A DNA stretch of 64,000 bases from Myxococcales bacterium. GTDB taxonomy: Bacteria > Myxococcota_A > Polyangia > Polyangiales > Polyangiaceae. The stretch covers positions 141,630 through 205,629 of the forward strand of contig JAYTOU010000060.1 of the NCBI GenBank assembly GCA_043747615.1, in the 5' to 3' direction. The notes below the pieces were generated by a model. The model was not told where the DNA came from. It saw nothing but the letters and a program-made list of their open reading frames with translations, and did not search any database. The stretch's first letter is position 1; each line of letters starts with the position of its first letter. Below are positions 7,500 through 16,656 of this stretch, piece after piece. A program made the translations under genes and the position numbers.

Positions 7500-10400
7500 T
7501 GGTAATGTCGTCCGCCACCGACGGGCTCGTAGCTGGGCGCTTCACCATCGAACGCGAGGTCGGCCGTGGCGGCGTGGGCATCGTGTACCGCGCGCTCGAT
7601 CAGGTGAGCGGGCAGGCTGTAGCCCTCAAAGTGATCGCCATCCCGGGCGTCGATGCAGGCGAAGAAGCGCGCTTCAATCGCGAAGGCCGCGTGCTAGCAG
7701 GGCTGGTTCACCCGGGAATCGTGCGCCTGGTGGCCTTTGGCACACTCGAAGAAGGGGGCGCGCCCTACGTGGCGATGGAGTGGATCGAAGGCGAGGACAT
7801 CGCCCAGCGCATGCGACGAAAAGCGCTCGGCGTGACGCAGTGCTTGGAAGTGGCCGCCCAGATCGCCGACGCCCTCTCCGCCGCGCACGCCGCCGGAATC
7901 ATTCATCGCGACGTGAAGCCGTCGAACGTGATCCTCGTCTCGACCGAAGGTCAGCCAATCAGCTCGAAGCTCGTCGACTTCGGCGTGGCCTCGGCAGAAG
8001 ACGCGAAGCTCACGCGTACCGGCGCCATCGTCGGAACGCCCGCCTATATGGCTCCTGAACAAGCGCGCGGCGAAGGCGCTACCGAAGCGCGTGCCGATCT
8101 CTACGCCCTCGGGGCCACGCTCTTCGAGATGCTCTCCGGCCGCCCGCCGCACGTCGGACCGACGGCGATCGCCATTCTCGCGCGTCTGGTGACGACGCCC
8201 GCGCCACGCCTGTCTGACGTGATGGCCAACGTGCCGCCTCCGCTCGACGATCTCATGAACGAGCTCTTGTCGACGTCTCCTTCAGACCGGCCCGCGTCAG
8301 CGGCGATCGTTGCCACGCGCCTACGGCTCATCGCGCTCGACCTGAAGGTGGCTGGGGATTTGTTTGCCCCGAGCCTGAACGACACGGGGTCGTCGGAAAG
8401 CGTGCCTCCTCTGAGTGGGGTGTCCGTGCCTTCGGTCGGAGGGTCGCGTCTCGTCACTTCCATTCTCGCGACCCATGTTCCCAAGGGCCCGCCTCGAGCG
8501 CGTCTGTTGGCTCATTTGCGGGCACGCGGCGCCGAAGCAACCGAGCTCGGCGGAGACGCGATCGTGGCCCATCTCGGCGCGAGAAAAGCCTTGGGCGACG
8601 AAGCCCCGCGGGCGATCGATCTGGCGATGCGTCTCGCGCGAACCAACGCTGCCGTCGGAGTGGCGACGGGTCGCACGCGCATGGATCGCACCCGCCCGAG
8701 CGGCGAAGTCGTCGACCGAGCGGCGGCCATGGCGCGCGACGCCCAGCGTGGTCAAGTGCTCGCCGACACGACGACCACCGAGCTTGCGCGTGGTCGCTAC
8801 GATTTTCAGGTGCGTGAAGATGGCTCCGCGCTTGTCGGGGCCGAGCATGGTCGCCGAGAAGCGGTCGGCGGCGCACCCTTCGTCGGTCGCGAGGCCGAGC
8901 TCGCCCAGCTCGTGGGTGCGTTCGAGCGTTGCACCGAAGATCGCACGCCGGTGATCGCCACGCTCACGGGTGCGCCGGGCATCGGTAAAACACGCCTTCG
9001 CAGAGAGACGCTCCTCCGCGTAAGCTCGCACGCTGCAGCTCCGCGCGTCGTCCTCGTGCGATGCGAGACCTTCGGCAAGAGCCATACGCTCGGCGTGGCC
9101 GCCGATGTGGCCCGAGGCCTCTGCGGCATCGGAAAAGGCGCGACGAAAGTCGACGCCCTTCTCGCAACGGAGGCTCTTCGTGATGCCGGAGCCGCGCTCG
9201 CCGACGACGCGCGTGAGCTCGTGGCCCGCCTGATGGCGAACGAGCCCCTTCCGGAGCGCGCAGATGCGCGGGCCGCACGCGACGCGCTGTGGATGGCGCT
9301 CACCGAGATCGGGCTGAGCGTTTCTCGCCGCGGCCCCCTCGTGGTCGGCATCGAAGATTCGCAGTGGGCCGACGCCGAGAGCCTTTCGTGGGTGGACCAC
9401 TTCCTCGGGCGCGCGGCGGGTCAGCCGCTCTGGGTGATGGCGACGGCGAGGCCCGGCTTGTGGCGCGATGATCCGGATCGTTTCTCGGGGCGCGATCTCG
9501 TGCGGGTGGAGCTTCGCCCCCTCTCGCGCAAAAATGTGCGAATCATCGCGAAGGCCATGCTCGGCGAGCGTGCTGCAGGAGCAGCAGGAGAAGCGCTGGC
9601 CGAGTCGATCGCCGGGCAATCCGCGGGCTCGCCGCTCTTTGCCGAGGAGCTGGCGAGGCTCGCCGCGCAAGGTCGAGATGCGACGTCCGCACCGACGATC
9701 GAAGCGGCCATGCAGGTGCATCTCGATGCGCTCGATGACGGCGCGCGCGCCGCGGCCGCGAAGCTCTCGGTTTTCGGGCTCATGGGCTGGGACAGCGGGC
9801 TCGCTGCGATCGGCGGATTTTCTCCCGACGAAGCGGTGGACACCCTCCGCACCCTCGCTGCCGCCGACGTCATTCACGAGCAAGCGGTGTCGCGTTTCAA
9901 GGACACGCGCGAGTGGGCGTTCAAGCATGCCCTGATGCGCGAGGTGGCCTACGCCTCGCTCGGCGACGAGGCCCTCAAGAAGAGCCACGCATTGGCCGGC
10001 GCATGGCTTGCGAAGATGGGCGAGGACGACGCAACCGTCGCGCGGCATCTCGAGCTCGGCGGCGAGAGCATCGTTGCCGCGGGCTATTTGGAAAAAGCTG
10101 CACGAAGGGCTATCGCCGCCCACGCTCTCAGCGACGCTGTGTCCATGGCCGAGCGCGCTCTCGCGTTTGCCGAGGACAAGCCCACGGCCTTCTCTCGCGC
10201 ACAGCTCCTCGACGAAGCGTGGAGCCGTCAAGATGCGCGGGCCGGCGAACGCGACACCGCAGTCAGGGCGATGGAAGAGTCGATCTACGACGTGGCGAGC
10301 GAAGTGCGTGCGCGGGGTGCGCGGCTCCGTTACGAGGACGCGTGCGGCGGTGAGGCGGAGACGAGCAACAGCCTCGAGAAAGTTCGCCGCGAAGCGCAGG

Positions 10401-11437
10401 CGGCCGGCCTGGCCGACGAAGAAGCTCGTTGCGCGGCGACGCTTGCCGCACGCTACGCGTTCGCGGGGCAGCTCGATGCCGCGGCAGAGGTCGCCGATCG
10501 TTTGCTGTCGATCGCGCACGACCACGGAATTGCGGGCGCCGCGGTGGACGCGTGGCAGACGCTCGCCGTCGTCCGGCAGGCACGCGGAGACGTAGGCGCG
10601 GCCCTCGAAGCAAGGCGATCGGCTGCGCGCACGGCGAGCGAAGCAGGCCTGAAAACGCGGGAATCGACGCTCACCATCAACGTGGGCTTCGCGCTCACTA
10701 CCGTGGGCGCGCGCGCCGAAGCACGGATGGCGATCGAAGCGGGGATCGCGGTTGCCCAAGCCATCGGGTCTCCCGGCACCATTCGCCACGGCCAGATGAA
10801 CTTGCTCTGCTGGACGGCAACCTTCGGCCGCGATCCGGCGCTCGACAAGCTCCTCGAAGACCCGCGCGCCATCGCCGACGCCGCAATTTCTGGGAGCTGG
10901 GTACCCCACGATCGCGCCACCCTGGGCGTGCTCTTTTACCGCGGGCTCGAGCTCATGCGGAGCGAAACGGCGACAATCGCCAATTTGGAAGCGGCGCGCA
11001 CGCTGCTCCGTACGGCAGCCCAGGGTTACCAGGCGACGAAGATGCTCGACGTCGTGCCCGTCGCGCTCGGTCAGGTCGCGGAATCCGAGCGCAAATGCGG
11101 GAACGCCGAGCGCGCCCGGGAGCTCGCGCGCGAAGCGGCCGCCCTCCTCGATGAAGGCTCTCCAAGCCTCTTGAACGAAGCTCCCGTGTTTCTCGCGCTC
11201 CACGATGCGTGCGTCGATCTAGGAGACGCCGCCGAAGCGCGCGAAGCAATCGCCCGAGGAATTCCCCGCCTGGTGACGCGGCTCCTCGGTCTATCGGCCA
11301 CGCCGTACGCTCTGAACTTTTTGCAGGAGCTCGCGCCGAACGCCGGCCTCGTCGCCGCCGCCATGCGGTACGGGCTCGTCCCTCCGGAAATACAGAACGT
11401 CCTCGACTTGCAACCGGACACCCAGCGCACCGCCTAG
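7499..11437 (+). CDS. Ser/Thr protein kinase fused to a cyclase-like segment, STAND/AAA NTPase and helical (TPR-like) repeats
   Basis: Kinase motifs GRGGVG, VALK, HRDVKPSN, DFG and GTPAYMAPEQ. NTPase motifs PFVGREAEL, GAPGIGKT, IEDSQWAD, GSPLFAEE and FKHALMRE. TAATG overlap with the rlmE stop. Confidence 0.92.
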   Translation: MVMSSATDGLVAGRFTIEREVGRGGVGIVYRALDQVSGQAVALKVIAIPGVDAGEEARFNREGRVLAGLVHPGIVRLVAFGTLEEGGAPYVAMEWIEGEDIAQRMRRKALGVTQCLEVAAQIADALSAAHAAGIIHRDVKPSNVILVSTEGQPISSKLVDFGVASAEDAKLTRTGAIVGTPAYMAPEQARGEGATEARADLYALGATLFEMLSGRPPHVGPTAIAILARLVTTPAPRLSDVMANVPPPLDDLMNELLSTSPSDRPASAAIVATRLRLIALDLKVAGDLFAPSLNDTGSSESVPPLSGVSVPSVGGSRLVTSILATHVPKGPPRARLLAHLRARGAEATELGGDAIVAHLGARKALGDEAPRAIDLAMRLARTNAAVGVATGRTRMDRTRPSGEVVDRAAAMARDAQRGQVLADTTTTELARGRYDFQVREDGSALVGAEHGRREAVGGAPFVGREAELAQLVGAFERCTEDRTPVIATLTGAPGIGKTRLRRETLLRVSSHAAAPRVVLVRCETFGKSHTLGVAADVARGLCGIGKGATKVDALLATEALRDAGAALADDARELVARLMANEPLPERADARAARDALWMALTEIGLSVSRRGPLVVGIEDSQWADAESLSWVDHFLGRAAGQPLWVMATARPGLWRDDPDRFSGRDLVRVELRPLSRKNVRIIAKAMLGERAAGAAGEALAESIAGQSAGSPLFAEELARLAAQGRDATSAPTIEAAMQVHLDALDDGARAAAAKLSVFGLMGWDSGLAAIGGFSPDEAVDTLRTLAAADVIHEQAVSRFKDTREWAFKHALMREVAYASLGDEALKKSHALAGAWLAKMGEDDATVARHLELGGESIVAAGYLEKAARRAIAAHALSDAVSMAERALAFAEDKPTAFSRAQLLDEAWSRQDARAGERDTAVRAMEESIYDVASEVRARGARLRYEDACGGEAETSNSLEKVRREAQAAGLADEEARCAATLAARYAFAGQLDAAAEVADRLLSIAHDHGIAGAAVDAWQTLAVVRQARGDVGAALEARRSAARTASEAGLKTRESTLTINVGFALTTVGARAEARMAIEAGIAVAQAIGSPGTIRHGQMNLLCWTATFGRDPALDKLLEDPRAIADAAISGSWVPHDRATLGVLFYRGLELMRSETATIANLEAARTLLRTAAQGYQATKMLDVVPVALGQVAESERKCGNAERARELAREAAALLDEGSPSLLNEAPVFLALHDACVDLGDAAEAREAIARGIPRLVTRLLGLSATPYALNFLQELAPNAGLVAAAMRYGLVPPEIQNVLDLQPDTQRTA

Positions 11438-11455
11438 GAAGCGGCGGGGGCCCTT

Positions 11456-12628
11456 CTAGCCGGGGCCGCGGGTGACGCCGGTGATGACGTCGAGAAGGCT
11501 CTGGGCGCTTTTTTCCCAGGAGCCAGGGCCGCAGGCTGCGACATCCCGCGGGTCCCACGGGCGATCGAGCGCGTCGAGCAACGCCGCACCGAGGGCCGCA
11601 GGATCTCTCGCGGGAACGAGAATGCCGCTCTTGGGATTCGACAGAACATCTGGAATTCCGCCGACACGCGTGGCCACGGCGGGCCGTCCGCTGGCGAGGG
11701 CCTCGAGGACGACGTTCGGCGTTCCTTCGTTCCAGCTCGGCAGAGTGAACACGTTGCACGCTGCTAGCCAGGTGGCGATCTCCGTCAGCGGACGGGCGCC
11801 CGGAGCGAGAAGTGCGCCTCCCGAGGCTTCCACCGCCGTTCGAACGCGGTCGCGCATGACTCCATCGCCGAGAAGAGCCAGCATCGCGTCCGGCCGTGCG
11901 CGGCGGGCGTGCTCGAACGCAACGAGCAGCTCCTCCAGTCCTTTCTGCGGTTCCAGCCGGCCGCAAAAAACGACGAGCGGGCGACCGAGAGCAACGCCGA
12001 GCTCTTTTCGAGCGGCTTCACGATCCCTCGGGAAAAATAGCTTGGTATCGACACCGTTGCGCACCAGATGGATGCGCGAAGCGGGCACATCGAGCGCTTC
12101 TAGCTCCTTCCCGAGCGGGCGCGACACCGCCACCATAGCGTTCGCCATAGGCAAGATGCGCCGCATCACTGCCCGCGCGCTACGCACCTTGGCGAGCACG
12201 TTCACGTCCGACCCGTGCACCTTGATCACGCTCGGCTTGCCGAGAGCGCGCGCAAAAAGGGTAGTTGCGCAACCATCGGGGTAACCCCAAGCCCCCAAAA
12301 TCACGTCGAAGCGGGCGGCGAGCGCGCGGAATGGCGCGAGCGACGCGAGGTAAAGCGGCACCCCCACCGGCGTTCCGACTTTCGGAAGATAGAGTTGCCG
12401 CATGTAAAACGTCTCTATCCCCGCCACCATTTCGCGCTGTGGCAGCGCCGTCAGCTTGGCGGCGCGCGGGGGCTGGCCGGTGAGCCCAGAGAGCGGAAAA
12501 TAAGGGATCGCCTCGAGCACGGAGAGATCGCACAGGTTGGCGAGAGCGCCGAATTGCTGCCGATTGAAGGGCGAGCTGAGCGGCTCGAGGCTGTTCGGAA
12601 ATATTTTGGTAATAGCGAGAACGCGCAT
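11456..12628 (-). CDS. Glycosyltransferase family 4 (TuaC-like)
   Basis: YPDG, KVHGSDVN, NGVD, GRLEPQKG and EGTPNVVLEALASG (EX7E). Confidence 0.93.
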   Translation of the reverse strand: MRVLAITKIFPNSLEPLSSPFNRQQFGALANLCDLSVLEAIPYFPLSGLTGQPPRAAKLTALPQREMVAGIETFYMRQLYLPKVGTPVGVPLYLASLAPFRALAARFDVILGAWGYPDGCATTLFARALGKPSVIKVHGSDVNVLAKVRSARAVMRRILPMANAMVAVSRPLGKELEALDVPASRIHLVRNGVDTKLFFPRDREAARKELGVALGRPLVVFCGRLEPQKGLEELLVAFEHARRARPDAMLALLGDGVMRDRVRTAVEASGGALLAPGARPLTEIATWLAACNVFTLPSWNEGTPNVVLEALASGRPAVATRVGGIPDVLSNPKSGILVPARDPAALGAALLDALDRPWDPRDVAACGPGSWEKSAQSLLDVITGVTRGPG

Positions 12629-12678
12629 GACTCAGTTAGGGGTAAGGACGTTACTAGGGTCTCCCGAAGGTCGACCAG

Positions 12679-13782
12679 ATGCGGATCGTTCATGTGGTGC
12701 AAACACTGGGAATGGGTGGCCAAGAGCGCCTGATTCTGAACCTATCGCGCGAGCTCGTTCGGCGCGGGCATGAGGTTTCGGTTTTGTCGCTTACCCCGGG
12801 GGGCGAGATCCGGCCCGAGTTCGCGCCCATCCCTGTTCACGACGTGACGCGCAAGGCGGGCTTCGATGCCCTGATCTTCGGGCGCATGGCGCGCACCCTG
12901 AACGAGATCGCTCCAGACGCGGTCCACACTCACAATCCATCTCCGATGTTCTACGCGGTGCCGGCGTCGCGCGCGCTCCGGATAAAAAGCAACGTCCACA
13001 CCAAGCATGGCGCGAATATCTACGGGCGAAAATCCCTGCGCGCGGTGCGAATCCTCGTGCGGACGCTCAGCGCATTCGTGTGCGTCTCGGAAGGCACGGC
13101 CGAGGTCGCGCGGGAAAAGGAGCACGTCCCCGAGAAGCTCCTCCACGTCATTCCCAACGGCATTCCGCTCGTCGATTTCAACCCGAACGCGGAGACGCGG
13201 GCCCGGCTGCGAAGAGAGCTGACCATCCCCGAAAACGCGTTCGTGGTGGGATCCGTGGGGCGCCTCGCGCCGGAGAAGGACTACCCGCTTCTCGTCAAGG
13301 CGATGACCCCGCTCCTCGGGGAGAACGTGCGTCTCGTGCTCGTGGGAGACGGCGCGTCGCGAAAAGAGATCGAGGCATCCATCCCGCAGAGCCTTCGGCC
13401 GTTCGTGACGCTCACCGGATCGCGGCGGGACGTCGGAGACTTGCTGACGACCTTCGACGTCTTCGCCCTCACCTCGAAGAGCGAAGGCCTTCCTCTCGTC
13501 ATCCCCGAAGCGATGGCGACCAAGCTGCCCATCGTGGCGACGGCGGTGGGCGGGCTCCCAAGCATCGTTCCCGTTGAGCTTGGGACGCTTGCGCCCCACG
13601 GAGACGACGCCGGACTGACGCGCGCCCTCCGCGCGCTCCACGAAGACGAGCCACGCCGGAAACGGATGGGCGAGGCGGCGCATCGATACGCCCACGAGCG
13701 TTTCTCGCTCGAGAAGATGACGGACGCCTACGAAGCACTCTATCGCCAAGCTCCGGCCGCGGCGCGCGCAGTCAAGCGCTGA
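12679..13782 (+). CDS. Glycosyltransferase family 4
   Basis: MGGQER, VHTHN, HTKHG, VGRLAPEKD and SEGLPLVIPEAMA. Confidence 0.93.
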   Translation: MRIVHVVQTLGMGGQERLILNLSRELVRRGHEVSVLSLTPGGEIRPEFAPIPVHDVTRKAGFDALIFGRMARTLNEIAPDAVHTHNPSPMFYAVPASRALRIKSNVHTKHGANIYGRKSLRAVRILVRTLSAFVCVSEGTAEVAREKEHVPEKLLHVIPNGIPLVDFNPNAETRARLRRELTIPENAFVVGSVGRLAPEKDYPLLVKAMTPLLGENVRLVLVGDGASRKEIEASIPQSLRPFVTLTGSRRDVGDLLTTFDVFALTSKSEGLPLVIPEAMATKLPIVATAVGGLPSIVPVELGTLAPHGDDAGLTRALRALHEDEPRRKRMGEAAHRYAHERFSLEKMTDAYEALYRQAPAAARAVKR

Positions 13783-13797
13783 GCCGTCGAGCGATTC

Positions 13798-15114
13798 ATG
13801 TTCCCCCTTCATCTCCTCCCCGTCACCGACGTTTCGGGCACCGTCGCGATCGTCGAGGGATTGAATGACAACGTCGTCCAGACCCAGGACTCACCCACGG
13901 TGCGTACACGGCACCCTGCGCTCTTCACCGGGCTCGAGACGGGCGTCACCTTTCGGCTGACCGAACCGAATCTGGACACGCACGGCCTGCGTCTGCGCCT
14001 ACGCACCCAATTTTACGAGCCGCTCGACAACTACCCGGAGAGTCCGGACGGAACGGTCTCCGCGTCGTACGCGAGCATCGTGGCTCTTGGTAAGCACACG
14101 AACATGGTGGTGTCGGCGTCGAGCACGCTTAGCCGGGTGACCTCGGCGCGCGTATCAGACGGGACCCTGCTTTTTCAAATCGATCCCGCCTCGACGGCGA
14201 CGACCTTCACGTTGAGCCAGTTCTCGTTGTCGATCGGTCAAGACCTCTCGAAGCGGTGGAAATTTCGGCAGAGCGTGGGCCTCCTCCTCACGACGACGGT
14301 GCAAGCGCCCCCCTTCGCTCTCGCCGACGGGCTCGAGCTCGATCGCCGAGGCATCGACGGAGTTCAGCCAAACACGACGTCGACCTTGCTTCACGAGCTC
14401 GGGCCGCGTGACACCGGCGACATCTCAGTGACCTACCGCTTCATGTACTCGCCCTACACGCTCGACTACACGACGAACCCGCCGCACGCCGGCGGCCCGC
14501 AGCGAATCCACCAGGTTCTCCCGGACGTCGGGCTCACCCACCTCCTCAGCACGCAGCTGTCGTCGCTCACCCGGGCCGGAGTGAGCATCGCCAATGCGCC
14601 CGCGCAAGACGTGAGCAAGGGGATCATCATCTTGCCGGTGGCCTCCGAAGATCTTCGCTACACCGCCGATCGCTGGGGCTTCAATGCGCAGGCCGGGTTC
14701 TCCTATGGAGCGCTGTCGCCGCGTCTCGGCGCAGGCCCGACGGTGAGCGGGGCCGGCACGCTGTACGGCGTTCCGTGGACGAATGGGCAATTGAAGCGGC
14801 TCATGTTGCTCGGCGTCGTGTCTGCCAATCACTCTCAGCTCCAGTCGGGCATCTCGAACACGGGCGGCGCGCCGAACTCGACGACCTACCTGAACGTCGC
14901 CGGGGCCTCGCTCGAAGCCCGCTACGCCGTCAGTCGGACCATCGGCATCCTCGGCGGCTACGACGTGCGCTACTCGACCATTGGATCGACCGGCGGAGTG
15001 ACGACTCCGTTCGTCCGGCAGATCGTGTTCATCGGCATTTCGGGGTACTGGTCGACAGACCAGGTGCAGCTCCCAGCGCTCGAGCAATTGAACGCGCCGT
15101 TCCGCCCGGGCTGA
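13798..15114 (+). CDS. Putative outer-membrane beta-barrel of the polysaccharide export system
   Basis: Alternating hydrophobic beta-strand pattern throughout, N-terminal G.NDNV strand, terminal strand IVFIGISGYW, and location in an EPS locus with a short OPX. No clear signal peptide. Confidence 0.55.
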   Translation: MFPLHLLPVTDVSGTVAIVEGLNDNVVQTQDSPTVRTRHPALFTGLETGVTFRLTEPNLDTHGLRLRLRTQFYEPLDNYPESPDGTVSASYASIVALGKHTNMVVSASSTLSRVTSARVSDGTLLFQIDPASTATTFTLSQFSLSIGQDLSKRWKFRQSVGLLLTTTVQAPPFALADGLELDRRGIDGVQPNTTSTLLHELGPRDTGDISVTYRFMYSPYTLDYTTNPPHAGGPQRIHQVLPDVGLTHLLSTQLSSLTRAGVSIANAPAQDVSKGIIILPVASEDLRYTADRWGFNAQAGFSYGALSPRLGAGPTVSGAGTLYGVPWTNGQLKRLMLLGVVSANHSQLQSGISNTGGAPNSTTYLNVAGASLEARYAVSRTIGILGGYDVRYSTIGSTGGVTTPFVRQIVFIGISGYWSTDQVQLPALEQLNAPFRPG

Positions 15115-15242
15115 TCGTCGCCGTCCTCGTGTGCGCCGCGGCTGGTCTTGGGCTGGTCTTGGGCTGACGGCGTGATCATGTTTACCCCGGGTCGGAAAGT
15201 TCACGATCGCGCGCGATTGGCAGAAAAGCCCGAGGAAATCGC

Positions 15243-15258
15243 GGGAATGCCCCTTGCA
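15243..15258 (+). promoter_or_regulatory. Sigma54 (-24/-12) promoter
   Basis: GGGAATGCCCCTTGCA = GG-N10-GC with TTGC. ATG at 15271 is 14 nt after the -12 C. Confidence 0.55.
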
Positions 15259-15270
15259 AAAGTGACGGCA

Positions 15271-16026
15271 ATGCCTAATCGCGCCACGTTGATCTCCACG
15301 ATTGCTCTCGGTACCTGCGTTTACCTTTACGCGACGGGTGCCAACGCACAGAGCGCCTCGCCTGTGGTGAGCGCGAGCGCGCCGGTGCAGGCGCCGCAGG
15401 TGATGATCATCGTCGAGCAGCCTTCGCAGACCGTGGTGGTCGTGCCTCCCGCGAGCCAGCCCGCGCACCTCGAAGAGCCGAGGGCGCCGAGGGCGAAAGA
15501 GGAAGCGAAGTGGTACGGCTACCAGACGCTCATCGTCGACGGCGCGTCGCTCGGTCTCGTGCTTGGCGGAGCGGCGATGGCGAGTCACTCCAGCGGCAGC
15601 AGCGGCAGCAGCAGGAGCAACAGCGGCGGTGACAGCGGCGGTTCGGTGGCACTCGCCGGCGGCATCGGTTACCTCCTGGGCGCTCCGATCGTTCACTGGA
15701 TGCACGGACGCATCGGTCCCGGCTTCGGAAGCCTCGGCTTGCGCTTCGGGTTGCCGCTGTCGGGTTTGTTCTGGGGTGCGATCATCGGGTCCGCCGCTGA
15801 CAGCCGCCATGACGACGGCATCGGCGCGGGCGCGGCGATCGGGTTCGTCGCCGGGATAGGCGGCGCGATACTCCTCGATGCAGCGCTTCTCGCCTACGAG
15901 AAGCCGAGCGAGCGAGAGAAAGAAGCGTACGAAGAGGCCAAAGCGAAGCACCCCATTCGCTGGTTGCCGAACCTCTCACCGCAAAAAGCGGGCGCGACCG
16001 TCGGCGTCTCGGGGGTGTTCTTCTAG
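15271..16026 (+). CDS. Exported/membrane hypothetical protein (myxobacterial WYG.QTL..DG / P.VHW.HG family)
   Basis: Signal peptide ending ANA-Q, Pro-rich linker, Gly-rich hydrophobic helices and C-terminal GVSGVFF. Confidence 0.75.
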   Translation: MPNRATLISTIALGTCVYLYATGANAQSASPVVSASAPVQAPQVMIIVEQPSQTVVVVPPASQPAHLEEPRAPRAKEEAKWYGYQTLIVDGASLGLVLGGAAMASHSSGSSGSSRSNSGGDSGGSVALAGGIGYLLGAPIVHWMHGRIGPGFGSLGLRFGLPLSGLFWGAIIGSAADSRHDDGIGAGAAIGFVAGIGGAILLDAALLAYEKPSEREKEAYEEAKAKHPIRWLPNLSPQKAGATVGVSGVFF

Positions 16027-16050
16027 GCCGGCGAGTTCTACGCTCGCTCC

Positions 16051-16641
16051 GTGGGGAGTCACTCGTGGATGACGAAGCTCGCGTCGTTTTTCCGCGAGCT
16101 CGAGGCTCAGCAGCAAAGGCAGAGGCAGAAGCCAAACGATCCTTGGCGCACGTTCGCGCTCGAGCGCGAGCTCGACTACTCGACGAGCTACACCGACAAC
16201 GAGATGCTTCTCCCCAAACGCAGAACGATGACCGGACCGGTGCACGGCATCGCGATGCGGATCGATCTCGGCAAGATCGCCAAGGTCTCCGCACAGACCG
16301 CGTCGGCGGGCGCTGGAAAAATGTGCGTCTATTCCGACAATATGTTGGTCGATATGGTGACCATCTCCGCCGAGGCCCTGCCCGACATGGGCGACGAAGA
16401 TTTCGACGCCCACTTTTTCTTGCGCGGCACCGAGCCAAGGGTCGCCGAGCGACTACTGACAGCAGACGTTCGCCAAGCGCTGATGCGATTTCCCCTTGGA
16501 ATTTGCCTCGATTACGACAACGGCGGGATCTCGGTCACCTGGTCAGGAGATGGCGTGATCGACGTCCTCGCCGTCGACGCAGCGTGCGACATCATAGTCG
16601 CCGCCTCGAGCACTCGCCCTTCGGCTGGCGCGTACCGCTAG
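16051..16641 (+). CDS. Hypothetical protein
   Basis: Co-oriented ORF filling the gap, with a GDEDFDAHFFLRG motif and C-terminal GAYR. TACGCT -10-like box 6 nt before the GTG; ATG 16069 is an alternative start. Confidence 0.65.
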   Translation: MGSHSWMTKLASFFRELEAQQQRQRQKPNDPWRTFALERELDYSTSYTDNEMLLPKRRTMTGPVHGIAMRIDLGKIAKVSAQTASAGAGKMCVYSDNMLVDMVTISAEALPDMGDEDFDAHFFLRGTEPRVAERLLTADVRQALMRFPLGICLDYDNGGISVTWSGDGVIDVLAVDAACDIIVAASSTRPSAGAYR

Positions 16642-16656
16642 AAGACCGCCAGCGCC

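Noticed and set aside
8321..11203. 960-aa minus-strand ORF (also 18219-20324, 14425-15951, 57733-59295, 36210-37535 and similar)
   Set aside because: Antisense shadows of genuine genes. High GC3 suppresses stops on the opposite strand and the products have no motifs.
15592..15645. AGCGGCAGC-type short tandem repeats
   Set aside because: They encode a Ser/Gly linker within a CDS; not a CRISPR or contingency locus.
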